Notes: generated by a model from the letters alone, not told the origin. A stretch of DNA of 64,000 nt from Actinomycetes bacterium (GCA_021798985.1 JAJZBI010000006.1:74716-138715); one strand, 5' to 3'; positions 52,678 through 62,919 are shown, numbered from the stretch's first letter. Numbers and translations are program-made.

Positions 52678-54302
52678 GCGAGGACGGCTTTTCGCGCTTT
52701 GTCGAGCTGGCGGGGGAGTACAACCTTCTGCCGGTCACCGACGAGCGCCTGGCGGACGCGATCACCCCGGTCGGCGCCTTCCGCTCGATCGTCGGGGACG
52801 GGCCGGGCTTTTTGCTCGAGTCGGTCGAGCACGGCGAGCGCTGGAGCCGCTTCTCCTTCCTCGGCCGCTCACCGCTCGCCACGATGGTCGCCCGCGGCGG
52901 TGAGGTGGCGGTGACCGCCGGCGCGCTGCCCGATGCGGTGCCGCTCGGCGAGGGCGTTCTGTCCTGTCTGGAGGGCCTGCTCGGCGCCTACCGCGCGCCG
53001 CAGCTCTCGGAGCTCGCGCCCTTCACGAGCGGGCTCGTCGGCTACCTCGGCTACGACGTCGTGCGCGAGGTCGAGCGCCTCGGTCCTCCGCCGGCCGACG
53101 ACCTCGGCCTGCCCGACGCGGTCGTCTCGGTGGTCGGCGAGCTCGTCGCCTTTGATCACCACCGCCAGCGCGCCATCCTCATCGACAACGTGGCCCTGCC
53201 CGGCGGCGACGAGGACGGCCAGACCCGGAGCGCCGCGGAGCTCGAGCAGCACTACCGTGCCGCCCGCCAGCGCCTCGCCGCGTTGCGTCGCGACCTCGAG
53301 CGCCCGGTCCCCGAGCCGCTCGTCTCGCCGCCCGATCGGGGGGCGCACCTCGACCCCGACGCGGTCCGCTCGGTGATGGGCTCGGCCCGCTACCAGGCCG
53401 CCGTCGAGGCCGCCAAGGAGTACATCCTTGCCGGGGACGCCTTCCAGATCGTCTTGTCCCAGCGCTTTGACCTCGAGCTCGGCGTCGATCCCTTCGACGT
53501 CTACCGCGTGCTGCGCCAGGTGAACCCGAGCCCGTACATGTTCTTTCTGCGCCACGACGGGGTGTGCGTGGTCGGGGCCTCGCCCGAGCCGCTCGTGCGC
53601 CTGCAAGAGGGCCGGGTCATCTCGCGCCCGATCGCCGGCACGCGCCGGCGCGGCGCGAGCGAGGCCGAGGACCGGCGCCTTGCGGCCGAGCTCGTCGAGC
53701 ACCCCAAAGAGCGCGCCGAGCACGTGATGCTCGTCGACCTGGCACGCAACGACGTCGGCCGGGTCGTGCGCTTTGGCACCGAGCAGGTGGACGAGCTGAT
53801 GACGCTCGAGCGCTACAGCCACGTGATGCACCTCACCTCGCAGGTCTCCGGGGAGCTGGCACCGGGGCGGGGCCCGATCGACGTGCTGCGGGCGACGCTG
53901 CCCGCCGGCACGGTCTCGGGCGCGCCGAAGGTGCGGGCGATGCAGATCATCGACGAGCTCGAGCCGACCAAGCGCGGCCCGTACGCGGGGGTGGTCGCCT
54001 ACATCGACTTCTCGGGGAACCTCGACACGGCGATCGCCATCCGCACGATGGTGGTCGGCCCCGACGGGCGCGCCAGCGTGCAGGCGGGCGCGGGGATCGT
54101 CGCCGACAGCGACCCGGTCGCCGAGGACGCCGAGTGCCAGAACAAGGCGGCGGCGATCCTCGCCGCCGTTGCCGGCGCGCGCCGCCTCGCCGCCGAGCGC
54201 GCTTCGAGCCAGCTCGACGGCGACCTCGAGCTCGCCAGCACCGCGGGCACTGACGCGCCGGCGGGCACTGACGCGCCGGTGGGCGGCTCGGCACGGCGAT
54301 GA
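52674..54302 (+). CDS. trpE: Anthranilate synthase component I
   Basis: LLESVE, PSPYMFFL, GTRRRG, ERAEHVMLVDLARNDVGRV, GAPKVRAMQIIDELE and RGPYAGVVAY. GTG 52674 overlaps the hisI stop (GTGA). Confidence 0.93.
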   Translation: MSEDGFSRFVELAGEYNLLPVTDERLADAITPVGAFRSIVGDGPGFLLESVEHGERWSRFSFLGRSPLATMVARGGEVAVTAGALPDAVPLGEGVLSCLEGLLGAYRAPQLSELAPFTSGLVGYLGYDVVREVERLGPPPADDLGLPDAVVSVVGELVAFDHHRQRAILIDNVALPGGDEDGQTRSAAELEQHYRAARQRLAALRRDLERPVPEPLVSPPDRGAHLDPDAVRSVMGSARYQAAVEAAKEYILAGDAFQIVLSQRFDLELGVDPFDVYRVLRQVNPSPYMFFLRHDGVCVVGASPEPLVRLQEGRVISRPIAGTRRRGASEAEDRRLAAELVEHPKERAEHVMLVDLARNDVGRVVRFGTEQVDELMTLERYSHVMHLTSQVSGELAPGRGPIDVLRATLPAGTVSGAPKVRAMQIIDELEPTKRGPYAGVVAYIDFSGNLDTAIAIRTMVVGPDGRASVQAGAGIVADSDPVAEDAECQNKAAAILAAVAGARRLAAERASSQLDGDLELASTAGTDAPAGTDAPVGGSARR

Positions 54303-55243
54303 CCGCTCCCACCGCTTCGCTGGCTGACAGCTATGCCGCCCTGTCGGGCGGCGCCGTCGGCTTTGTTGGCCGCTGCGACCTCGTCACGGTGCGCGGCCCG
54401 GACGCCCGCAGCTACCTCCAGGGCCAGTGCACCCAGGAGGTCGCCGACCTGCACCCTGGCGAGGCGCGCTTCAGCTTGGTGTTGTCCGTCCAGGGCAAGG
54501 TGGAAGCGCTGTGCCGGGTCGGCGCGCTCGACGAGGAAACCTTCGTCCTCGACACCGAGGCCGGCCAGGGCGAGGCGCTCGTGGAACGCCTGCGGCGCTT
54601 CAAGATCCGCGTCAAGGCTGAGCTCTCCATGGACACGGTGCCGCTCGTGTGCGTGCGCGGCCCGCTCGCCCCGCCACCGCCGGATGCGGGCGAGGGGCGG
54701 CTCGTGCGCGTCCCCCTTTCTGGGCGCGCCGCTGGCTACGACCTGATCGGCGCGGGCGCCGAGGTCCCCGAGGGCGTCGTGGTGGGCGACGCCGAGGCGC
54801 TCGAGCTGGCACGCATCGTGGCGGGTGAGCCGCGGATGGGCCGCGAGCTCGACGAGTCCACGATCCCCTTCGAGGCGGGGATTGTCGAGGCGACGACGAG
54901 CTTCACCAAGGGCTGCTACACGGGCCAGGAGCTGATTGCCCGCCTCGAGGCGCGCGGGGCCAACGTCCCGCGCCGCCTGCGGGCGCTGCGTGGTGGGCCC
55001 GAGGTCCCCCTCGCGGTGCTCGCGCCGGGCGCCTCGGTGATTCTCGGCGACGCCGTCGTCGGCCGGGTCACCTCGAGCGCCGCGCTGCCCGGCGGAGCGG
55101 GGGCCGTCGCCCTCGCCTACCTCCAGCGCAAGGTCGTCCCACCGACCACCGCCACCGTCCGCCTCGACGAGGAGGTCGGTGGGGTCAGCGTCGAGGTCGA
55201 CGAGCTGCCCGGGCGCCTTGGCCCGAGCGCCACCGCGCGCTAG
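54299..55243 (+). CDS. YgfZ/GcvT-family folate-binding protein
   Basis: VRGPDARSYLQGQCTQ and the signature SFTKGCYTGQELIARL. ATGA overlap with trpE. Confidence 0.8.
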   Translation: MTAPTASLADSYAALSGGAVGFVGRCDLVTVRGPDARSYLQGQCTQEVADLHPGEARFSLVLSVQGKVEALCRVGALDEETFVLDTEAGQGEALVERLRRFKIRVKAELSMDTVPLVCVRGPLAPPPPDAGEGRLVRVPLSGRAAGYDLIGAGAEVPEGVVVGDAEALELARIVAGEPRMGRELDESTIPFEAGIVEATTSFTKGCYTGQELIARLEARGANVPRRLRALRGGPEVPLAVLAPGASVILGDAVVGRVTSSAALPGGAGAVALAYLQRKVVPPTTATVRLDEEVGGVSVEVDELPGRLGPSATAR

Positions 55244-55248
55244 GCGGA

Positions 55249-56868
55249 TCAGGCGAGCGGCGCGGCCGCCGGCTCGCTCGCCGGCGCCGCGACCCGCTGG
55301 ATCGCGAGCACGGCGACGTCGTCGTTCGCCCCTTCGACCCCCATCTGCTCGAGCGCGGCGTCCAAGGTGTCCTCGGGCGGACGGCTCGTATCGATCGAGC
55401 AGCGGAGGCGGTCCAGCCCGGTCGTGAGGATCTCGCCCCGCCGCTCGACGAGGCCGTCGGTGTAGGCGATCAGGGTCTCGCCTTCGCCGAGGGTCAAGAC
55501 CGACTCGGGATAGGCGGCGGCGCGCACCCCGATCGGCGGGCCGTGGGGGACCTCGAGGAGCTGGGCGCGCTCGGCGCTCACGAGGAGCGGGGGGAGATGG
55601 CCGGCGTTCGCGAGGCGCATCGCCCCGGTCGTGGTGTTGATCGTGCCGCACAACACGGTCGCGAAGCGGCCGTCGCGGATGGAGACGAGCGGAGCGAGCT
55701 GTCGCAGCACGGCGCCCGGCTGATGCCCCTCGTGGGCATAGGCGTTGATCGTGTTGCGCAGCGTGCCCATCAGCGCCGCCGCGCGGATCCCGCGCCCCGA
55801 GACGTCTCCGATCGAGAAGAACAGGTGCTCGTCGTCGACCTCGATCACGTCATACCAGTCGCCGCCGACCTCGGTGCCGACCGCCCCGGGGAGGTAGCGC
55901 ACGGCAAAGGCGAAGCCGTCACAGCGCGGCAGGGCCTCGGGCAACAGCGAGTGCTGCAGGGTGCGGGCGATCGAGCGCTCGACCTCGAGCAGCCGGCGGC
56001 TCTCAGCAGCGCGCTGCTCGGCACGGTCGCGCCGGCGGGCGAGGCGCTCGGTGCCGAAGGCGGCGAGGAGGCCGACGAAGAAGACGACCACGCCGATCCC
56101 CATCGGCGCGTACTCCGCCAGCTGGCCGCTGAGCGAGCGCCGCGGCGACATCACCAAGGTGAGCTTGGTGTTGCCGAAGGCGATGTGCTGGGTCGTGGTG
56201 TCGCCTTGTAAGGGCAGCGGGCTCGCCGAGTAGCGCTCGAGCAGCACGCCGTGGCGGACCGACGGCCCGAGGTAGAGGGCGAGGTTCATCGGGTGGATCG
56301 GCGAGCTCGCCGGGACGGCGGCCTGGCGGTTGGCGGGAAGGGGCTCTTCGGCGTAGACGGCGAGGTGGTGGCCGGCACCGGCCGCGACCACATAGGCGAG
56401 GCGCACCTTGCCGTGGTCCGCCAGCCGCATCGTGTCGAACGAGGCGCTCGGCGCCTGGCGGACAAAGCGGCGCGCCGCGGCCGAGCTCGGATCGAGCAGC
56501 GGCGCCGCGCCGATCTGGACGATCTCGTGGGGCTGTCCGGGACCAAGGCTCCACAGCGAGGCCGTGGCGAAGGGGCCCTTCTTGCCGACGATGCCCGCCA
56601 TGGCCTGGGTGAAGTTGCCCCGCGGTGCGGTGGTGCCCTCGGCGAGGTCGGCGGCCGCCGCCAGGTGCGCCTGGACGAAGAGCGGGTCCGCGCCGAGCGT
56701 GGCGGCGGTGAGGGCGCCCTGGGTGCGCACGAGGCGCTGCTCGGTGTGGCGATAGGCGGCCTCGGTCAACAGCGCGAGGGCGATCGCGAGGGCGATGCCG
56801 ATGGCGGCGACGATGAGCGTGGTGGCGTGCGGGCGCCGCCGGACCACCGGGGCGGGCGGGCTCGCCAT
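55249..56868 (-). CDS. Membrane-anchored sensor PP2C (SpoIIE/RsbU-type) serine phosphatase
   Basis: An N-terminal TM segment (TLIVAAIGIALAIALALL), an extracytoplasmic-like segment and a second TM are followed by PP2C motifs VGGDWYDVIE, FFSIGDVSGRG and LIAYTDGLVER. The start at ATG 56868 is uncertain. Confidence 0.8.
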   Translation of the reverse strand: MASPPAPVVRRRPHATTLIVAAIGIALAIALALLTEAAYRHTEQRLVRTQGALTAATLGADPLFVQAHLAAAADLAEGTTAPRGNFTQAMAGIVGKKGPFATASLWSLGPGQPHEIVQIGAAPLLDPSSAAARRFVRQAPSASFDTMRLADHGKVRLAYVVAAGAGHHLAVYAEEPLPANRQAAVPASSPIHPMNLALYLGPSVRHGVLLERYSASPLPLQGDTTTQHIAFGNTKLTLVMSPRRSLSGQLAEYAPMGIGVVVFFVGLLAAFGTERLARRRDRAEQRAAESRRLLEVERSIARTLQHSLLPEALPRCDGFAFAVRYLPGAVGTEVGGDWYDVIEVDDEHLFFSIGDVSGRGIRAAALMGTLRNTINAYAHEGHQPGAVLRQLAPLVSIRDGRFATVLCGTINTTTGAMRLANAGHLPPLLVSAERAQLLEVPHGPPIGVRAAAYPESVLTLGEGETLIAYTDGLVERRGEILTTGLDRLRCSIDTSRPPEDTLDAALEQMGVEGANDDVAVLAIQRVAAPASEPAAAPLA

Positions 56869-57485
56869 CACCAACGGGCGAGGGGGCGGTGCGCCCGCAC
56901 GGCGTCGGGTTGCCGGCGGCAGGCTCGGGCGGTCGGGGCGCTGCGCGGATCGCCCGGACGGCGGTGCGCCCGCTCGCTGCGGTGCGCGACGGGAGCGCTC
57001 GGGGCGGGCGGGCCATCGGGATCGGGGCTGGCGCGCCGGGCGCGCCGCCCTGCCGCGGCGACCGCGTCGTTGGCGACTGCGTCGTTGGTGGCCGCGTCGT
57101 TGGTGGCCGCGTCGTTGGCGATCAGGGTGACGGTGAACCAGACGGTCTTTGGCCCGCTCGCCGATTGGTCGATCCCCCAGTCGCGCGCCAGCATCTTGAC
57201 GATCTGCAGGCCGCGGCCGGAGAGCTCTTTCGGGCTCGGGCTGCGAAGGGTCGGCGTGCCGCCCCCCTCGTCGGTCACGGCGACCTTGAGCAACTGGTCG
57301 CGGCGCTCGAGGCTCACCTCGAAGGCGCTGCCGGCGTGGCGGATGGCGTTGGTCGCGAGCTCGGAGAGCATCAGCTGGATCTGCTCGACCAGCTCGGCGG
57401 GGACGCCAGCGCACTCCTCGGCCGCAAAGCGGCGGGCCGCAGCGATGGCGTGGGCGTCGTTGCGGAACCGCCGACGCGCGCTCAT
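56868..57485 (-). CDS. RsbW/SpoIIAB-type anti-sigma-factor-like serine kinase with a low-complexity C-terminal tail
   Basis: LMLSELATNAIRHA, VTDEGGG and GRGLQIV. ATGA overlap with the STAS gene. The tail holds (NDAxx) repeats followed by Arg/Pro-rich sequence, and whether that part is translated is uncertain. Confidence 0.75.
   Translation of the reverse strand: MSARRRFRNDAHAIAAARRFAAEECAGVPAELVEQIQLMLSELATNAIRHAGSAFEVSLERRDQLLKVAVTDEGGGTPTLRSPSPKELSGRGLQIVKMLARDWGIDQSASGPKTVWFTVTLIANDAATNDAATNDAVANDAVAAAGRRARRASPDPDGPPAPSAPVAHRSERAHRRPGDPRSAPTARACRRQPDAVRAHRPLARW
57064..57123. repeat. Four tandem 15-bp units (gcgtcgttgg[c/t]g[a/g][c/t]c) inside the RsbW-like gene
   Basis: Read directly from the sequence. 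On the minus strand it encodes NDAATNDAATNDAVANDAV. Confidence 0.85.
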
Positions 57486-57802
57486 GGGACGATCCGCAGC
57501 GTCTCGGTGAGCCCCATCGACTCCATCACGGCGCGGATGATCGGCCGCGGGTTGGCGAGCTCGAGCACTGGCACCTGATCGGCCGCCTCCAGCATGAGCG
57601 CGATCCCCGTCGAGTCCATGAAGGAGAGCTGGCTCACGTCCACGACCACGCGGGCTGGCCGCCGACCGATGACCTCGTCGAAGCAGGGCCGCACCGCCGG
57701 CGCGCTCGCGAGGTCGAGCTCTCCGCTGAGGGCGATCCTCCAGCCGTCGTGTTCGGCGAGGGGGGAGGAGGTGGCGGAGGCGCCCGCCTCGGCCATGCTC
57801 AT
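57482..57802 (-). CDS. STAS-domain anti-sigma-factor antagonist (RsbV/SpoIIAA-like)
   Basis: LSGELDLASAP...VVVDVSQLSFMDSTGIALML (phosphorylatable Ser context DST). Start is ATG 57802 or TTG 57838. Confidence 0.8.
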   Translation of the reverse strand: MSMAEAGASATSSPLAEHDGWRIALSGELDLASAPAVRPCFDEVIGRRPARVVVDVSQLSFMDSTGIALMLEAADQVPVLELANPRPIIRAVMESMGLTETLRIVP

Positions 57803-57999
57803 CGTGGACTCAGCCCCTCGAGATGACCCGGTGCCCAAGGGCGGTAGGAGGAGGGTCTCGAAGTGGCGATGCCCACGCGCGCAGCTCCCTTCTGATCCAT
57901 CTTGCGTACTCGTCAGCGGTGAGGCGCCAGGAAGGTTAGCAACGCTCCGTTGCGAGAACAGCGAGGCGGCCGCGGGTGCGCGCGCCCTGGTCCCGCCGC

Positions 58000-59427
58000 T
58001 CAGCGCGAGAGCGGCGCCGCGGAAGGGTGGATCGGGGTGCCGCTCGGATGGCCGGGGGGGCGCGGGAGGGGGAGCTCGACCACAAAGCGCGTGCCCCCGG
58101 TTGCGCTGAGGGGCGAGGTGAGCAGTACCTGTCCGCCCATGGCGGCGGTGAGCTCGGCGACGATCGCCAGGCCGAGGCCACTGCCGCCCGCCCGGGCCGC
58201 CCGGCGCTTGGAGGTGAAGAGGCGCTCGAAGACGTGGGGGCGGTCCTGGGGATCGATTCCCGGCCCGTCGTCCTCGACGCTCAGCGCGACGCCGCGGGGG
58301 CCATGGTCGGCCAGGGTGACGAGCACCACCGAGCGGGCGAACTTCAAGGCGTTCTCGACGAGGTTGGCGAGCACCTGGGCCACACGGTCGCCGTCGGCGA
58401 TGACGACGACGGGGGCCTCGGGCAGCGAGACGGTGAGCGAGACTCCCACGGACTCGTGCGCGAGGCGCAGCGCGTCGGTGGCCGCCAAGACGACGTCGGC
58501 GAGGTCGCAGCGCACGGCGTTCAGGGAGAACTGGCGGGCCTCGAGCTTGGCGAGGTCGAGGAGGTCGCGGATCAAGCGCTCGAGGCGGGTCGCCTCGGCG
58601 ACGACGACCGCGGCCGCCCGGCCGGGCTCGGCGACTGCGCCCTCACGGATCGCCTCGGCATAGCCGCGGATCGAGGTCAGCGGGGTGCGCAGGTCGTGGG
58701 AGATCGACAACAAGAACTCGCGTTCTTGGTCACGCGCCCGGGTGAGGTTCTCGGCCATCGTGTTGATGGCATCGTCCAAGCCCGCGAGCTCGGGGTAGGC
58801 GCGCTCGTCACGCTCGACGCGGGCGTCCAAGTCGCCGGCGGCGATCTGTCGAGCGGCGACCGAGGCGGCGACGACGCGGCGCGAGATGCGGCGCGCGATC
58901 ACCCAGATCACCGCCACGGCGACGAGCAGCGCGATGCCGCCACCGAGGAGGAAGTAGTAGATGCTGGCGTCGTTGCCGCTGACCGGGCGGGCGAACAAGA
59001 GCGCCAGGGTGATCGAGCCGCTGCCGCCGAGCACGCTCGTGTCGACCTTCAAGAAGGGCACCGCCGCGAAGGCCTCGTCGCCACTCGTGCCCGAGACGTC
59101 CTTGCCGGCCGCGAGCTTGTGGCCGTCGATGCGGTCGCGCAGGTCGGTGAGCGGCGCGAGCACCTTCAGCACCTGGCCGGTGCCACTCACGGTGACGACG
59201 CTCTCTTTCACCCCCGAGGTGCGGCGCAGCAAGGCGCTCACCGAGCGGTTGGTGAGCAGTTTCTCGTGGTGCGCGACGATGCTGCGCACCGTCGCCGCCT
59301 CGTGCAGGATCGTCGTGCGGTCGTTGTTGATCTGGGCTCGCTGGACGAGCGAGTAGCTGAGCGCGCCGGCGATGGCGAGCGCGCCGGCCAGGACTGCGAC
59401 GACGGCGAGGAGGATGCGGAGGCGCAC
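58000..59427 (-). CDS. Membrane sensor histidine kinase (TM-sensor-TM-HAMP-HisKA-HATPase)
   Basis: N-terminal TM ILLAVVAVLAGALAIAG with a second TM plus HAMP. H-box FLLSISHDLRTPLTSI, N-box NLVENALKF and G-box GSGLGLAIV. Confidence 0.85.
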   Translation of the reverse strand: MRLRILLAVVAVLAGALAIAGALSYSLVQRAQINNDRTTILHEAATVRSIVAHHEKLLTNRSVSALLRRTSGVKESVVTVSGTGQVLKVLAPLTDLRDRIDGHKLAAGKDVSGTSGDEAFAAVPFLKVDTSVLGGSGSITLALLFARPVSGNDASIYYFLLGGGIALLVAVAVIWVIARRISRRVVAASVAARQIAAGDLDARVERDERAYPELAGLDDAINTMAENLTRARDQEREFLLSISHDLRTPLTSIRGYAEAIREGAVAEPGRAAAVVVAEATRLERLIRDLLDLAKLEARQFSLNAVRCDLADVVLAATDALRLAHESVGVSLTVSLPEAPVVVIADGDRVAQVLANLVENALKFARSVVLVTLADHGPRGVALSVEDDGPGIDPQDRPHVFERLFTSKRRAARAGGSGLGLAIVAELTAAMGGQVLLTSPLSATGGTRFVVELPLPRPPGHPSGTPIHPSAAPLSR

Positions 59428-59439
59428 GGCTCAGCGCGC

Positions 59440-60153
59440 TCAGCCGCAGCGGTAGCCGACGCCCCAGATCGTCGCCAGCGGCAGGGCGTCGCCGAGCTTT
59501 CGGCGCAGCTGTCGGACGTGGACATCGACGGTCCGCTCGTCGCCGAACCACCCCGGGCCCCAGACGGCGTCGAGCAGCTGCTGGCGGCTCAAGACGATGC
59601 CTTGGTTCCCGACGAAGTGGGCGAGCAGGTCGAACTCGCGCGCCGTCAAGGCGACGGGATCGCTGTCGACCATCACCTCGCGCCGCAGCGGGTCCACGGT
59701 CACCGGCCCGATCGACAGCGGCTCCTCGCTCGGACGCTTGGCTGCCTCGGTTCGCCGCAGGATCGCCCGGACGCGGGCGACGAGCTCGCGGGGCGAGAAC
59801 GGCTTGGTGACGTAGTCGTCGGCGCCGAGCTCGAGGCCGAGCACGCGGTCGACCTCGTCGTCTCGGGCGGTGATCACGACGACCGGCACGTCGCTGCGCC
59901 GGCGCAGCTCGCGGCAGGCCTCGAGGCCGTCCATCGGCCCGGGCAGGCCGATGTCCATCAAGACGAGGCAGGGGTGCTCCTGGCCGACGAGCTCGAGGCC
60001 TCGCGCCGCGTCCCCGGCCTGGAGGACCCGGAAGCCGGCGTTGCGCAGGTAGAGGTCGACGAGCTCGGCGATGTTGTGATCGTCCTCGACGAGCACGATG
60101 GTGCCGTGATCGTCGCCGGCCCCGTCGCGGCCGTTCGTGCTGAGCATCGCCAC
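59440..60153 (-). CDS. OmpR/PhoB-family response regulator
   Basis: IVLVEDDHNI, LVLMDIGLPGPMDG, DDYVTKPFSPRELVARV and a winged-helix C-terminus (LTAREFDLL...VDVHVRQLRRKL). Confidence 0.9.
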   Translation of the reverse strand: MAMLSTNGRDGAGDDHGTIVLVEDDHNIAELVDLYLRNAGFRVLQAGDAARGLELVGQEHPCLVLMDIGLPGPMDGLEACRELRRRSDVPVVVITARDDEVDRVLGLELGADDYVTKPFSPRELVARVRAILRRTEAAKRPSEEPLSIGPVTVDPLRREVMVDSDPVALTAREFDLLAHFVGNQGIVLSRQQLLDAVWGPGWFGDERTVDVHVRQLRRKLGDALPLATIWGVGYRCG

Positions 60154-60263
60154 AGCCTCTCACGCGGCTGCCGCTGGTGTCGGGTTCTTCCTGCTCAATG
60201 GGCCCGACGGGCGCCCGCGAGGGCACCAACGTCGGTCGCGGCGGTGCGCATTAGGCTGCCGAT

Positions 60264-61064
60264 GTGGCGACCTACCTCGACGCGATCGTGGCGCACCACC
60301 GCGCCCGTGCCGGCGCGGATCGCCGCAGTCGCGCCGAGCTCGCCGAGGCGGCAGCTGCCGCGTCGGCGCCACGGGACTTCCTCGGGGCGCTCGCGGCGCC
60401 GCCGGGCGCCGTGGCGGTGATCGCCGAGATCAAGCGGCGCTCACCTTCCAAGGGCGACCTCGCCCCGGACCTCGACCCTGCCGGCCTGGCCGCCGCCTAC
60501 CGCGCGGGGGGCGCGGCGGCCCTCTCGGTGCTCACCGACGCCCCCCACTTTGGCGGGGGCGCGGCCGATCTCGTCGCCGCCCGCGCCGCGACGCCCCTCC
60601 CGGTGCTGCGCAAGGACTTCACCGTGGCGGCCCTCGACTGCTACGACGCCAGGGCGATGGGCGCCGACGCCGTGCTGTTGATCGCGGCAGCGCTGAGCGA
60701 CGGCGAGCTCGAGGAGCTCGCCGGGGTCGCCGGGGTCCTCGGCCTCGCTGCCCTGGTCGAGGTGCACGATGAGGCCGAGCTCGACCGGGCGCTTGGCATC
60801 GGCGCCCGGCTGGTTGGCGTGAACCAGCGCGACCTGCACACCTTCGAGGTCGACACCGAGCGGGCGCTGCGCGTCGGCGCTGCCATTCCGAGCGGGGTGG
60901 TCCGCGTCGCCGAGTCCGGGATTCGCGATCACGCCGACCTTGCCCGGCTCGCCCAGGGCGGCTTTGACGCCGTGCTCGTCGGCGAGCGCCTCGTCACCGC
61001 GCCCGATCCCGGCGCGGCCCTCGCCGCCCTGCGGGGCGCGAGCGCCCCGGCCGGCTCGCGCTGA
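60264..61064 (+). CDS. trpC: Indole-3-glycerol-phosphate synthase
   Basis: VIAEIKRRSPSKG, LSVLTD, LRKDFTV, VEVHD, GVNQRDL and ESGI. Confidence 0.92.
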   Translation: MATYLDAIVAHHRARAGADRRSRAELAEAAAAASAPRDFLGALAAPPGAVAVIAEIKRRSPSKGDLAPDLDPAGLAAAYRAGGAAALSVLTDAPHFGGGAADLVAARAATPLPVLRKDFTVAALDCYDARAMGADAVLLIAAALSDGELEELAGVAGVLGLAALVEVHDEAELDRALGIGARLVGVNQRDLHTFEVDTERALRVGAAIPSGVVRVAESGIRDHADLARLAQGGFDAVLVGERLVTAPDPGAALAALRGASAPAGSR

Positions 61065-61078
61065 GCCCGGCCGGCGCC

Positions 61079-61744
61079 GTGTTCGTCAAGATCTGCGGGA
61101 TCACGAGTGAGGAAGACGCGCTCTTGGCCGTCGCCATGGGGGCGGACGCCGTCGGCTTCGTCTTCGCCACCTCCTCGCGCCAGGTGACCCCGGCCGTCGT
61201 CTCCCACATCACCCGCCGGCTCCCTTCTGGGGTGATCACCGTCGGGGTCTTTCGAAACTCGCTTCCCGAGCGCGTCGTCGAGGTCGTCCAGCAGGCGGGC
61301 CTTCGTGCCGCGCAGCTGCACGGCCACGAGCGGCCAGAGGAGTGCGCGTACGTCGCCGAGCGGGTGCCGCTCGTGATCAAGGCCTTCGCGGCGGGCGAGC
61401 CGGCGCTGTTGGATCACGCCCGCTACCGCGCCGACGTGGTCATGATCGATGGGGCCGAGCCCGGCTCGGGCCAGCTCTTTGACTGGCGGCTCGCCGAGGG
61501 GGTGCCCCCGGCGCGCCGGGTGCTGCTGGCGGGCGGGCTGAACGCCGACAACGTCGCCGACGCGATCCGGACCCTTCGCCCCTGGGGCGTGGACGTGAGC
61601 TCGGGGGTTGAGCGCGCCCCGGGCCTGAAGGACCCGACGAAGGTGCGCGCCTTCATCCAGGCGGCGCGCGCCGCGCTTCCGACCGAGCCCGACGCCGCCG
61701 AGGGCGGCGGGCCCTATGACTGGCAGGAGGAGCTGGGATGGTAG
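61079..61744 (+). CDS. trpF: Phosphoribosylanthranilate isomerase
   Basis: [38 protein letters not shown] and GVDVSSGVE. Confidence 0.9.
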   Translation: MFVKICGITSEEDALLAVAMGADAVGFVFATSSRQVTPAVVSHITRRLPSGVITVGVFRNSLPERVVEVVQQAGLRAAQLHGHERPEECAYVAERVPLVIKAFAAGEPALLDHARYRADVVMIDGAEPGSGQLFDWRLAEGVPPARRVLLAGGLNADNVADAIRTLRPWGVDVSSGVERAPGLKDPTKVRAFIQAARAALPTEPDAAEGGGPYDWQEELGW

Positions 61745-62919
61745 CTGCGCCCTCGCCCATGGGCGCGCCCGACGCGAGCGGCCGCTTCGGCAGCTTCGGG
61801 GGCCGGTTCGTTCCCGAGTCGCTCGTGCCGGCGTGCATGGAGCTCGAGACGGCCTTTTCCGAGGCCTGGGCGGATGCGGCCTTCCGCGCCCGCCTGGCCT
61901 CGCTGCTCGCCTCCTACGCTGGACGGCCGACGCCGATCACCGAGTGCCCGCGCCTTTCGGCCGAGCTCGGGGTCGAGGTCGTCTTAAAGCGCGAGGACCT
62001 CACCCACACCGGCTCGCACAAGATCAACAACGTGCTCGGCCAGGCGCTGCTCGCCGAGCGGATGGGCAAGCGGCGGCTGATCGCTGAGACCGGGGCGGGC
62101 CAGCACGGCGTGGCGACCGCCACGGCGGCGGCGTATTTCGGCATGGAGTGCGCCGTGTTCATGGGCGAGGTCGACGTCGAGCGCCAGGCGCTCAACGTCT
62201 TTCGCATGGAGCTGCTCGGCGCCACCGTCTACCCGGTGCGCTCGGGGAGCCGCACCCTCAAGGACGCGGTGAACGAGGCGCTGCGGGACTGGGTGGCGAG
62301 CGTCGAGACGACGCACTACTGCATCGGCTCGGTGATGGGCCCGCATCCCTATCCCTACCTCGTCCGCCAGCTCCAGCGCGTGGTCGGCGACGAGGCCCGC
62401 GAGCAGTACCGGGAGCGCTCTGGCGGGAGGGACCCTGACGTGATCGTGGCCTGTGTCGGCGGCGGCTCGAACGCGGCGGGCACCTTCGCCGGCTTCGCCG
62501 ACACCGCGGCGCGCCTCGTCGGCGTCGAGGCGGCCGGCGGCTCGGCCGTCGGCCACGGCGTGCCCGGGATCGTGCACGGCATGCGCTCGCTGTTCTTGCA
62601 GGACGAGGAGGGCCAAGTCCTCGAGGCAGAGTCGATCTCGGCGGGCCTGGACTACCCCGGCATCGGGCCCGAGCACGCCCACCTCGCCGAGCTCGGCCGG
62701 GCGACCTACGAGGCCGTCGGCGACGACGAGGTGCTCGCGGCGTTCCAGGTGCTGGCGCGCACCGAGGGCATCCTGCCGGCGCTCGAACCGGCGCACGCGC
62801 TCGCCTGGGTGATCCGGGCGGCGCGCGACGGCACGCTCGCGCCGGGTACCAAGGTGCTGCTCACCATGTCGGGCCGGGGGGACAAAGACGTCGCCCAGGT
62901 GAAGGAGATGCTGGCGTGA
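61738..62919 (+). CDS. trpB: Tryptophan synthase beta chain
   Basis: [29 protein letters not shown] (PLP Lys), [14 protein letters not shown] and SGRGDKD. Confidence 0.95.
   Translation: MVAAPSPMGAPDASGRFGSFGGRFVPESLVPACMELETAFSEAWADAAFRARLASLLASYAGRPTPITECPRLSAELGVEVVLKREDLTHTGSHKINNVLGQALLAERMGKRRLIAETGAGQHGVATATAAAYFGMECAVFMGEVDVERQALNVFRMELLGATVYPVRSGSRTLKDAVNEALRDWVASVETTHYCIGSVMGPHPYPYLVRQLQRVVGDEAREQYRERSGGRDPDVIVACVGGGSNAAGTFAGFADTAARLVGVEAAGGSAVGHGVPGIVHGMRSLFLQDEEGQVLEAESISAGLDYPGIGPEHAHLAELGRATYEAVGDDEVLAAFQVLARTEGILPALEPAHALAWVIRAARDGTLAPGTKVLLTMSGRGDKDVAQVKEMLA

Noticed and set aside
53999-60420. A 550-aa minus-strand ORF over trpE/ygfZ and an 814-aa plus-strand ORF over the kinase and regulator pair
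   Set aside because: They are antisense shadows of genes with unambiguous motifs (TrpE, YgfZ KGCYTGQE, H-box and receiver motifs).
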